This document shows, one piece after another, positions 52,455 to 64,000 of a stretch of 64,000 nt of DNA; the first letter of the stretch is position 1, and each line of letters opens with the position of its first letter. The stretch lies in assembly GCA_037379345.1 (NCBI GenBank), contig CM074518.1, forward strand, positions 17,732,001 through 17,796,000. The letters run 5' to 3'. The notes beneath the pieces were generated by a model. The model saw only the letters and a list, made by a program, of their open reading frames with translations, was not told the DNA's origin and ran no database searches. Source of the stretch: Perna viridis (taxonomy: Eukaryota). The position numbers and the translations under genes were made by a program.

Positions 52455-52650
52455 CCAAGGGAACCAAGATTCTAGTACAAATCAAAAGAATGTAATCCAG
52501 AGACAAAGACAGGACATGGAAAACAAACACTACACAACAAAGAACAGAAAGTAACTAAAATAATACATGCAAAGTAACAAAAGTAAATGAGCAACTTGGA
52601 CTCTACTAAAAACTGGGAGCATGGACCAGGTGAACTGGTAGGGTAACATA
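52455..52650 (-). mobile_element. Penelope-like element 3' fragment
   Basis: Matches 40690-40890. Confidence 0.75.
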
Positions 52651-53238
52651 TGTTTTCTGTCGTTGAAACATAAACAGCTTCTTGTGTAATAATGGTTCCC
52701 AGTTTTGTAGTCAAGTTAAAGTGAAAGTGATCTGCATGTAACCATGTTGAAAATAAATTGGTGGAATATTATTCACCTTAAAATAAAATGACTTACCACA
52801 TTAAATATTAAAGCAAGTGTAAAATGATGGGTTATTTTTTAAATTGTTTATCATATACTGGTTTCTTTTGCAGTGATAATTCATACAAATTTGATTACAA
52901 TTACTAATGATGGTTGTTTGTTATTTAAAGGAAACAATAATATGTAACTGGATTACATCCTTGCTTGATAAAGCAAGTGCTCTCTTATGTCAAAACTATT
53001 TATCTCATTCGCCTACTTTTCCATCAGTGATAAATTTTTCGCAATAATTGAGGGCATATTTGGGTCCTCTTTAAAGTAGACCTGTAGAATTAATCTTATT
53101 TGATTAAATACATCAGAGTATTAAGTAATCACGAAAACAATGACCCATTGCCTGCCTAAAGGAAACGGTGTAGAATGACGAGAAAAGTTATTACATCCTG
53201 TATTTGACAGGACAAAGGAGAAATATCATCAACCTATT

Positions 53239-56200
53239 TGTGGAGAAGACATCGGGAAACACAACGCAATATACTGTAACGTAAGGTAGCGTCAAGACAA
53301 CGACGTCGACTTAGAATTAGAATAACAAATGAACGTAAAACTACATGGTTGACTTTGTTATCTGTCTTAGAGTGCATTATACAGTTACATTAAGGCGCAC
53401 TGTTTCGCACACCAAGTTACACCCCCCCCGTCAAATTTTGTAAAACTTAAAATTATAAGTTGAAATTTGGTGGCTATATTGTTCAAATGTAATCAAGCAT
53501 TTATACATAGACAGATGTAATATATGTAATGGTTAACGAGTATGATTTAAAGGAAGAATGGTATCCGGAACGTTTCAGTCCCCTCTCGTATTAGGTTCTC
53601 TCCTCAGCATCAGATGACTGATTTTCAAAATACCTTATTTCGCAAGACCTTTTGGATCTAAAATTGTGAGAGAATGAATCAAAAAGGGTCTTATTATTTT
53701 TACCCTTTTCCCACCTACTCCATGCATGCTTTCATCCTGTGGTAGTGTCTAAGTGCCTGATATTTTATAAAACATAGTAATTGGCTGTTAGTTTTGGAAA
53801 GGCACCTCTTATTTGTACTAAGTCTCAGTAATATTTTTTTCAGTATGTTACCATGGCTACTGGATTTTACAACAATAATCACTAAATTACTCATAAATGA
53901 CTTGAACCTCCATACACGAAGGATTTCAAAAATATGCACTTTTTTTATGACAAAACTCTAGAAATTTCTGTGCGGACTGCCTCAAAACAGCTTTATTTCA
54001 CAAAATGAGACCCAATTTTCAGAAATGACCTAACTATATTGTACTAATTTACGAAAGTAATGCCTTGACCATCGGCAATGGAGAAGTTCAAATCGATACG
54101 AGCTGGAAATCAAAGTGCGATCACATGATTTTTCAGAAATTCGAAGAGGCCAAGGAGAATGCGGATCACGACAAAATGGAATTATTTGTGACATTCGAAA
54201 ATTTAACAAAGAAAAAGAAATTGTTGGAAAAGAGCAACGAACAGTTACTTGAAGCCATGAAATATGAGGAGATCGAGAAAGAAATAGTGGAAACTGATGA
54301 GTATACAAATACCCTAGAGATAAAGCTCAGAAAACTTCGTAATTTTTTAATATTGCAATGAGAATCATGTACAACTTGTACTATGGTATGTGACACAAAA
54401 ATCGTGTTTCAATCGTTAAACAGAACAATTAATGTTCCAATCATTTAAGACACTAGCACGTTAAAGAATATATATCAAAAAACACGTGTCATCATTGTAG
54501 AAAGTTTGTGTGTCGTTTCTTATGATTAAGTGACCCTTCCGATACAAATAGTTCCTCAACAACCTAAAAATTCAAGGCAGTACTTTTTTGAGCAACGTGT
54601 TCTCTTTTTATCTTGAATGTTACAATACCAACACACCTGCAAACAGAAAATATGGAAACTGCAAGATTATAAACACGGGATCTTTTTGGTATTAAAAAAC
54701 TGACGAACTTACAAAGCGAGGAAGAAGCAGTATCATACTTTAGAGAATCGAGGACTCTAATGAGCAAGGCAGGGTTCAACTTGAGATATTGGACTTCAAA
54801 TATCGAAAATGTAAGAAACCTAGCAAAAGATGTATTGGATTCAGACGAACACACTAAAATATTAGGAATGAGGTGGTACAGTAAATCAGATGAATGTTTC
54901 TTTCCGAAAAAAGTTAAAATTTCAACACATCTTGTAACAAAGCGTGAAATATTGAAACAATCATCGGCCATATATGGCACACTAGGTCTATTGAGTCCAG
55001 TAACAATAAGAGCCAAAATGGCTCTACAAGAGTTATAACGTGAAGATTTCGAGTGAAAATGTGTAAAAAATGGATTAAGTTAAAGACAAACATCGAGTCT
55101 GTTACTGAAACGGTATTACCACGACACTTCTTCAATGAGAGTTCCACTTCAATTGAGTACACATTACACGTAGTTATGAACATAATAACCAACGCTTATG
55201 GTGCAGTTGCAAATCTATGTTGCGGAAGCGATAGCGCTCTTGTGATGTCAACGAAAATTGTAGCCTCGTTGAAGGAACTCACACCACCTCATCTGGAACT
55301 CATGGTAGCAGTTTTAGGGGCCCGATTAGTTAATCACCTTCGTTTAACTCTGGATTATATAAATATTACACTGTGGTAGGAGAGTCTAATTGTTTATGAT
55401 GGCTAAAGTCGACAAAAACAATAAACAATTTATTGCGAACCGAATTAAAGAAAAACAAGATCTTACAAAGTCGAGAAAATGGACATATTGTCCTTCTGCA
55501 AGCAATCCGACTGACCTGATAACTAGAGGCATTGCAGCTGAACAATACAGACAGATGGAGCATTCTACGGCTTAAATGACCTGATTTATTAAAATACAGT
55601 TCAAATTATCCGGATGCAATTGAAACTGACCTATCTTTATCAGTTCTTTTACAAGAGGAAGCTCCATGTACGAGCTCAGCAAAGGACAACTTGGTCGACC
55701 AGGAATTCATGTGGTTATAAACATTGACCGGAAATTATTGCGTGTAACATCTTATGAAAAACGATTTGTGTACAACACTAAACTCGAAAACAAATTTCGG
55801 AAAGTATCCAAATGATTTACAGAAATCAGCATGAGTGTGGATTACACTTCATCAACAAGTACCACTTATACAAGAGTACAACGCAATGATACGAACCACT
55901 TCACCAAAAAAAAAATCAACTAAAATGATTATTTGATGAACAAGACCATACGAGATGAGTGGATGTATACACAATGCACCCCTACCTGACAATGCAAAAT
56001 CCTCGTATATTTTGCCTACAAACCATCCACTATCAAGACTGGTTGTAGTTGATGCGCATGAAAAAAGTATCATACTCAGGAGAAAATGCAACGATTGCAC
56101 ACGCAAGACAAACATTTTGGATCCCCACTATCAGACAGCTCGTTTAACTTGTCGAAAAGTTAAAGGACATTCTTTTCCAGCCCAGGAGATCCACCCTCTT

Positions 56201-57558
56201 TACAGAAAATTCGACTGCAAGAAGCCGCACCATTCACAGCCACAGGGATAGCTTTCACTGGAGAATTATATGTAAAAGAGGAAAACAGTAGTATCAAAAA
56301 ATCTGTTTATTCATATGTGCCTCTACAAGAGCTATACATATAGAATTTGTGAAGGACTTTGCAGAAGAATAATTTATACAAGCGTTCAGTCGTTTTACAA
56401 GTAGGAAGAGTACACCTCGTTTAATCATGTCGGACAATGCGACAACTTCCGCTTCCGCATCGGATGAGATAAAACGACTGCGTAATTCAGAAAAGATACA
56501 TGAAACACTAGCCGCTCAAGTAAAAGATTGGAACTTAAACCCCAAACGAGCTCCTTGGTAAGGAGGATGGTGAGATCGGCTAATAGGCATGAGAAAAATT
56601 CTTGGAAAATCGCTTGTGATAGTTACGGAAATAGAATCAATTATGAATGATCAACCGTTAACGTACAAAGTCGGACTCAGAAGATCTTGAACCAACCACA
56701 TTAGCCCATCTTTTATACGGCCATCGGATAACACTTTGCCGTGTCTATCGAATGTTGAAATTGACATTAGTGATTGAACAGCAGTCGAACATTCTGATTA
56801 ACTAGTCGAACACGGAGTCAATTGTTACTCGTACCTCAATTTTTGAATCGTTGGGAAAAAAGTAAATCTGACGTAATTTCGAGAGTTTTACAGGAAATCT
56901 GGAAACAACTAATCTAAAATCAGAATCGGCGATGTCGCGCAAATTCAAAAGACAACAAACGCAGGATCCCGTGGAAGACAGGAATCATCGAGGATCTAAC
57001 TTTCGGAAACAATGGACTTGTTCGTTGGGCAGTTATAAGAACTAAATCGGGAATTTGGTCTCACCATATTGTCAAATTATATCCGCTCGAAATCATCTCA
57101 AATATGAGATCAAGAGATACACAATTTCAACCAAACAGAGATGAATCGAGAACAAGGATGAATATACCGAAACGTAAGGTAGCAGAACTTGCAGAAGACA
57201 GGATTAAAACATGGACAAAAAAGGGGTCGATAAATTGATGGACTTCATAAGCTGTGAACAGTTGCCCCTAAATGCCATCTCGTAACTTTAATAAAAGACT
57301 GTGAAAAATGATCATAATTTTAATGATTCGAGAGACTGAAATTTTCTTTATTTTCTTGATCTTGTATTGTAAACTAGTAAATTATTTTTTTTTACTTTTT
57401 GCTGCAAGAAAAACCACATGAAACACAAAGCAATATATTGTAACGTAAGGTAGCGTCAAGACAACGACGTCACCTTAGAATTAGAATTGCAAGTGAACGT
57501 AAAACTACATGGTTGACTTTGTTATTTGTCTTACGAAAGTTAAAAACACGCAACGACA
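53239..57558 (+). mobile_element. Decayed BEL/Pao LTR retrotransposon
   Basis: LTR copies at 53239-53369 and ~57400-57558; TG..CA ends; flanks CTATT/CTATC (5-bp TSD, 4/5). Motifs: AGFNLRYWTSN, TKREIL..LGLLSPVTIRAK, WTYCPSASNPTDLITRG, ILPTNHPLSRLVVVDAH, STRAIHIE, SDNATT, PKRAPW. Many stops, frameshifts and a large gag-pol deletion; 5' LTR is cut by unrelated sequence at ~53370-54000. Confidence 0.92.
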
Positions 57559-57767
57559 CTATCGTACTTGGAGAGCAAGAATTGTTTGTTTCAGCTATTT
57601 ATCAATATACATTACATATATACATATACCATACATATTTTCGTTATACACAAAATCAATTTCAAATGTGATACGATAAATAAATTGCAATTATAGTAAA
57701 AAAAAATAAATGTTTAAATTTTAACTAAAAAGGGACGTAATACGAAAAAAAATGAAATAAATAGGAA

Positions 57768-58175
57768 CAAAGGAGTAATCAAGGGAACCAAGGTTATAGC
57801 GGTAACTATAAAGTAACTGAAATCATACATACAAAGTAACAAAAGCAAATGAGCAACTCGGACTCCAATAAAAACTGGGAGCATGGACCAGATGAACCGG
57901 TAGGGTAAGTGTCCTCTGCTTTTCTAGAAACACCTGCCGAGTGAGTTGTTCATAAAAAGTCATGTTCGGGGTAGACGAAAGAGGAAAGGAAAATATGACA
58001 CGTTGAACAAGTCAGTTTTCATGGCGCAAATGGATACACCGTAGCGATCCACGAGTTCATGACGATGACCATAAAACTTCTGTAATGATGTCTTCAATCT
58101 TGTAGCAATATAACCCTGTTCCAAAACCCTATTTGTTAGAAGTCTAGCGCGATACAAAGTCTGAGTAGTTTCGGA
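57768..58175 (-). mobile_element. Penelope-like element 3' fragment
   Basis: LYRARLLTNRVLEQGYIATRLKTSLQKFYGHRHELVDRYG plus the shared 3' module. Confidence 0.8.
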
Positions 58176-58502
58176 GAAATACAATACAAAACAAACATAA
58201 AGTGCATTACCAACATTATAAAGGTACATGCTTGAATCAATTGTTTACAACTTCCTTTTTATACGCTATTAAAATGAACAAATCGACGGGTGCCTCTAGA
58301 AAACAAAACTAAAGACATTTATTTTATTTCTACATTAAAGCCATATTCTACATATTGATACGGTGAGTTTTTGTGTGTCTTAGTCTTATTTGTGAGTGTT
58401 CATATATGATTTCGACAAATCACTAATGTTCATTACCATAAATTTTCATTTACATTATTAAGAATAATGAAAATGAAAAAAAGGAATTATAGTATCAATA
58501 TC

Positions 58503-58537
<35 letters not shown>
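58503..58537. repeat. (AAT)n microsatellite
   Basis: Uninterrupted AAT run. Confidence 0.95.
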
Positions 58538-58539
<2 letters not shown>

Positions 58540-60794
58540 CTATACTATAACTAAAAGCAACACAAATCTAAAGGCTAAGTAAATTTGATTTTCAGTTTAA
58601 TCCTACAATGTCAATGGAGTAAAACGTATATCATTTCATATTTTTTTTTTGTATTAAGTAGCACTCGATCTACGAATCATGCAAAATGCGATTCATGGTT
58701 GAAAAGTCTATGTATTTTTTATTTTTGATATCTTGTTAAAAATAATTAAAGTAAAAAGGCAGTAATATGTTGTTTTTCATATATCCCTTACTTTTATTTT
58801 TTTAATGTGAATATCTCCTAAGAGAAGACAGATCGAAATGAATAATCATATATTTCATCATATAGACCTACCAGGCAACTCATTAAAAACAAAATAAAAA
58901 TGCGAAGGCTTTTTTATGGTGTATCACATATTACAGAATTTTTATGATTCTTACTAAGACTGCTACTTAGGTATCTCAAGTTAACATAACCATTAAAATA
59001 GACATCAATTAAATGAAAATATTAAATGGAACGACGATCTTACAGATTACTTCCTCATTGGAATGAAGTAATAGAAGGATTCAAACAGTAATTATGGCTT
59101 CAGATCACACGAACTCTGTAATTTCCTTTTTATTCCATCACATGAAACAAGCAAAATCTATACCAGTGTTAATGAAATAGCGTCTGTCTAGAGTTTTATA
59201 TTAGATACATTTAAAGTTTCGAGACAAATTTAAAAAAAGTAAAATAGTCTGAGTTTAAAACGCATGTGAAATGTTTCCGGTAACACTTGGCCAAAATATC
59301 TTTTAAGAACATACTAATCGAAATTTTACAAAATTTGTAATACTCGTATTACATTTAATATAATTAATAAATCTTTATTGCAATTGTAATGTTCTATTCG
59401 AGGTTATTCGTGCAAAGAAAAGCATTAATTAGTATTTCGGATATTTGAATTGCAAAGAGGCATCACGTTTATTGTTTCTTGATAGATAATCTCTCATTGC
59501 TAAATATAATACTTTCATTGTAATTAAAGCCATTTAAGTGATTCATATGAGCATCTCGAACTCCACTAAAAACTGGGAGCGTGGACCAGGTGCAACGGTA
59601 GGGTAAAAACTAAGAAAACAGTACAACAATTAACAATGATCAGTTGAATTTTTTTTCGTCAAAACAAAACTAGTAAACAAATAAACACATATTTAGCAAT
59701 GATACATTACATCCCCATCGGATTTGCGTTCACTGATGACATATAACCGCGTACTATACATCTTCATTTACAAATTGAAAAAAAAACCAAAGAAGTCTGT
59801 CTTGATGAAGGCAAAAAATGTCCGTTGTGGAATTATACATCATTCATCTCCGTCAATCGAAACAAAACTAATTTCTTTTGATGTTAACGTTCTTGTCGTT
59901 ATTAAAGCATAACAAGTCATTTTCAGAAGAAAAACACATTTACTGAATAGATTGACAATGGAAATTGGCCTTGGTAGAATACGGTTAACGAACAAAAAAA
60001 AAACAAAAAACAAAAACAAAAGAAAACCATACCAAACCAAACCAAAAACAAACAAACAAAAAACAACGAAAGTAAGCTAATATGTGAAGACATATATGGA
60101 TAAACCAATAGATAATATTCAACATGATTACACGTGCCTTTAATGAATGTGTAAATATTCAATAAGATGATAGAAGCAACAAAAAATGTCTTTGAGAGAA
60201 CGCATAAAGTGAAGAGTGTTACTCTCCCTAAATGTTAAACTTTACATAAGCATACAAAAACAACATATCGGCAAAAAGTACCGAATCGTAAGCAGTGGGA
60301 CAATTCAAATACCTCAATACCCCACAACATGGCCTCAATGTGAACGTATGAAACAATGACGATACATATACAAAATGTAGTTAACTGAAAAAAAAACAAA
60401 GAAAAAAAAAACAAAACTGAAGATAAAGTGTAAAAGATAAAATGAATAAGATACATATGCATATAGATAAAAGACTAATAAGATTCAGTGACTTTTTAGA
60501 CTTTTCGGAGAGGAAAACAACATGTTAAAATGATATTTGATTTTAGAGCAACTTCAGTAATGGTGGTAACAAAATCTCAAATATACTTATTGACATATGC
60601 TGTTACACATGTGACTTTTTCCTTTGTTGGTATTCAGAAAGACAACACCAGTTTAATTATGTGACAGGAAATTGTCATTAAGATATTGTTATGTTTTGTG
60701 AAAAGAGCGTTTTATATGATTGGTTAACGTACTTTCAGTTATTTTTTTAAGCAAAACATCTATAATGTATTGGTCAATATCTATTTTTGTGATA

Positions 60795-61300
60795 TGGAGT
60801 GTTCATATCACAACTCATACGTTATGCCAGAGCTTGCCGAAACTACGCAGACTTTTTGTATTGCGCTAGAACTCTAACAAATAGGCTTCTGGAACAGGGT
60901 TATGTTGCTACAAGATTGAAGTCATCACTACAGAAGTTTTATGGTCATCATCATGAACTCGTGGATCGTTATGGTGAATCCATCTGCACCATGAAAACTG
61001 ATTTATTCAACGGGTCATATTTTTCCTTTCCTTGTTTGTCTACCTCGGACTTGACTTTTTCTGAGCAACTCGGCGTGTGTTTCAAGAAAAGCAGAGGACG
61101 CTTACCCTACCGGTCCACCTGGTCCATGCTCCCAGTTTTTAGTGGAGTCCGAGTTGCTCATTTGCTTTTGTTACTTTGTATGTATGATTTTAGTTACTTA
61201 ATGTTCTTTGTTGTGTATGTCTGTTTTCCATGTCTGGTCTTTGTCTCTGGATTACATTCTTTTGATTACCGCTATAACCTTGGTTCCTTTGATTACTCTT
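60795..61300 (+). mobile_element. Penelope-like element 3' fragment
   Basis: GVFISQLIRYARACRNYADF..LLEQGYVATRLKSSLQKFYG plus the shared 3' module. Confidence 0.8.
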
Positions 61301-61629
61301 TCCCACATCTTTACCATGATGACGCGCCATTCAGTTTCAAGCCATAGAATATACTGTAGATATATCACTTATCTGTTAGAAGAGAGATTATGTCTTTGTC
61401 ATCACTATGCTTTGGTCTGTTGATAGACTTATAATTATTATTCGCCAAGCGAGGAAGAGCGACAACAGGAATATATCAGTGACAGGTTAAAATGGTTACA
61501 GACCACATCGCTGAATACAATTAAATAAACGTAAACGAATCATCACTTAAATTGCGAAATAAAAATGTGGATGTACCGGACGGGAAGATTTTTTAGATAT
61601 ACGACGAATTCAGTAGACATGTATATATA

Positions 61630-62075
61630 TATTTTTATTCTCATAAACCAAAATTACAATGGTATAGAGATACATGATGATACAATGGTACAAAGTAAAC
61701 AAATTACAAAAGTAAGATAGAGAAAGAGAAGATTCCCAAATAAATAATGAATGTATAAACATACAAATATAATATTGATGATTTATATAAACTCTATCTT
61801 TGAGGTTGCAACTTATTGTTGATTATCTTAATCATTTTGCACAGTTCAACAACGTAAACTAAACCTTTATTTGAGTTAATCAATTCAGAAAATTTCAGAC
61901 AATTAGGTCGTCTAGAATCTATTTCCATCATTTTGTAAATTTTGAAAAATAAAAGGAAAGTGAAACTCGTCTCCTATATTACCAGAATTGCAGAGTGGAA
62001 ATTTCCTTTATTCTCTAGGAACATTTCCTCATCTTACCTTTTCTAAAGGTAAACAGTAGATAGAAAACAGTTTTG
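61630..62075 (-). mobile_element. Decayed non-LTR retrotransposon 3' end, same type as 24750-25875
   Basis: LPLEKVR*GNVPRE*RKFPLCNSGNIGDEFH; ends GTTTATGAGAATAAA like the 25.8 kb copy. Confidence 0.7.
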
Positions 62076-62624
62076 ATGCATAATCAAACCGAGTTTTTTT
62101 TAGCAAATATGTGTCTAGCGAAATCAACTACTTTCTTAGATTATGCAATAGTATGAAATCTTTAATTGATGCAGTGCACCAAATGTAAATTAGAAATTGA
62201 ACGGGAATGACAAATTATCAAATAGAGTTGACATTTAATGAATTGGTTTTGGTGTCATTTAGCATGAAAAGAGATGTGTTTCAAATAATTTATTTCAAAT
62301 AGATAGCTGATTTCTTCTCTTGATAACGAATTTGTGGCACCAATATATTTTTGAATTACGCTGTCTTCATTAGAATAATTTATAAGTTATTTGCTTCAGT
62401 TGGAATGCGGAAAGATCAACCAAGGTTAATGTTTTTTACATAGTGGTTTACAAAAAACAGTCAGGGACAAAATTAATCAAAATTATGTGTATGAAATATG
62501 TAAGAAGATATTTATATTGTTCCCATTGAAAAAATTCATATTATTGCTTTGATATTTCTGAAAGATTTTTCGACGCTTATTGCTTCGCTTTTAACTCTAT
62601 CTTGGCAAAATCCCCTCAACACCT

Positions 62625-63110
62625 GAGTATGGAGTTTTTATATAAGAAGTCATACGTTATGCCAGAGCTTGCCATAACTACGCAGACTTTTTGTATAGCG
62701 CCAGAATTCTTACAATTAGGCTTCTGGAACAGGGTTATGTCGCTACAGAATTGAAGTCATCACTACATAAGTTTTATGGTCGTTATCATGTGAACTCGTC
62801 AACTCGTGGATCGTTACGGTGTATCCCTATGCACCATGAAAACTGATTTATTCAACGTGTCATAGCTTTACCTTTCCTCTTTGGTCTACCCTGGACTTAT
62901 TTTTAGCAACTCGTCGGATGTTTCTACCCTACTGTTGCACCTGGTCCACGCTTCCAGTTTTTAGTAGAGTCCGAGATGCTCATTTACTTTACTTGCTTTG
63001 CATGTATTATTTTGGTTATTTCATGTTCTTTGTTGCGTGTGTCTATTTTCCAAGCCTGGATTACATTCTTTTGATTTCCGATAGTGTCGTGGCTCCTTTG
63101 ATTACTCTTT
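62625..63110 (+). mobile_element. Penelope-like element 3' fragment
   Basis: Nucleotide match to 60795-61300 with internal deletions. Confidence 0.78.
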
Positions 63111-64000
63111 TAAGTTTCTTATTCATCCTTAAAAATATAGCAGCTACTTTTCAGTGTAACCATGAGTACATTTCAATCCATGCTTTGCACGTTTTGAAAT
63201 TAAAATTAAGGTTTTTAAAATAAAGTATAAAAGAGTTTCAATATCAATTTTGAAAGTATGTATTGATTAAAAACCATGTTTCTATCGTGTTTCAAGTTTA
63301 CATCATTAATTGTTTTACATTTTATGACATCGGTTCAAGGTCAAATGTTCCCAATTCGCAGCTGTAATACTGTTCCAACATTCATTTTTAAGATTTAGTG
63401 GTATTTTTTACCAAAGTTTCCCCGATTGGCACCAATCAGGCTTCTTACGAAAATTACTCAATTCGCTCCAAAAAATTAAAATTTTATCTTCGAATAGAAA
63501 CATGAAATTGCTCAAAAGAAGAGTGCTTTGTGACAGACTTCCTGATTGCATGTATTTTGTTTTTAACGAAACTTGATAAAAGTAATAAAATAGGATTACA
63601 TTCTAATTATATCAGCACATAAACCGTATTAGATAAATCATTGATTTTATAAGGCTTCATGGAGAAGTAAAGTTTTGAGTACTTCAAAACATTATGATGA
63701 CGGAATATTAGTATTACAATTTGTTAACATTGTGTACCTCAATGATACCGATTAACAACTGAAGTATACCGGAATATTCATAAAGCCCCAGAGCAATTTG
63801 AGACTACCACGGGTAAGATGTCAAGTATTCAAAAGAGCCTTTGCCGAGCAATAGAACATATCCCGGATTTCCTACCTGCTCTCTTGCAATATTTCAATTC
63901 TTTTTATAACTAGATTTGGTGATATGTACGCAAACCCAGAAATCTCTGTTTTCTTCTTTTTCTTTGTACCAAAAAAATGCAAATAAACCAGTTTTTTTAT

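Noticed and set aside
52640-52680. Shared truncation point after GGGTAA in two Penelope-like fragments (also 59606)
   Set aside because: The 52.6 kb copy appears to continue in degenerate form, so the coincidence is not secure.
61395-61490. SVDRLIIIIR as a GPCR DRY-like exon
   Set aside because: Opposite strand to the GPCR and bounded by stops.

Overview
AT-rich animal genomic DNA; the repeat families and intron style suggest a bivalve mollusc, which is an inference. (1) 1527-6350 is a 4.8-kb non-autonomous Polinton/Maverick derivative with AGTAGT termini and a perfect 6-bp TSD (GTTCAG). It is built from two inverted copies of the same end of an ancestral element, and carries a packaging ATPase, two adenain-type proteases and two decayed CARD-PC4 fusion genes, but no polymerase, integrase or capsid. 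(2) A complete calumenin/CREC gene lies on the minus strand, with a tandemly duplicated, apparently mutually exclusive penultimate exon. (3) A complete IMMP1L gene lies on the plus strand, divergent from calumenin. (4) The TM4-TM7 half of a rhodopsin-family (opsin-like) GPCR lies on the minus strand; its second extracellular loop appears to contain a 131-aa domain on its own phase 1-1 exon. (5) There is a decayed BEL/Pao LTR retrotransposon, plus LINE and Penelope-like RT fragments, MITEs, and several repeat-borne ribozyme-like or structured RNA motifs. All exon models and domain calls were made by eye, with no database searches.
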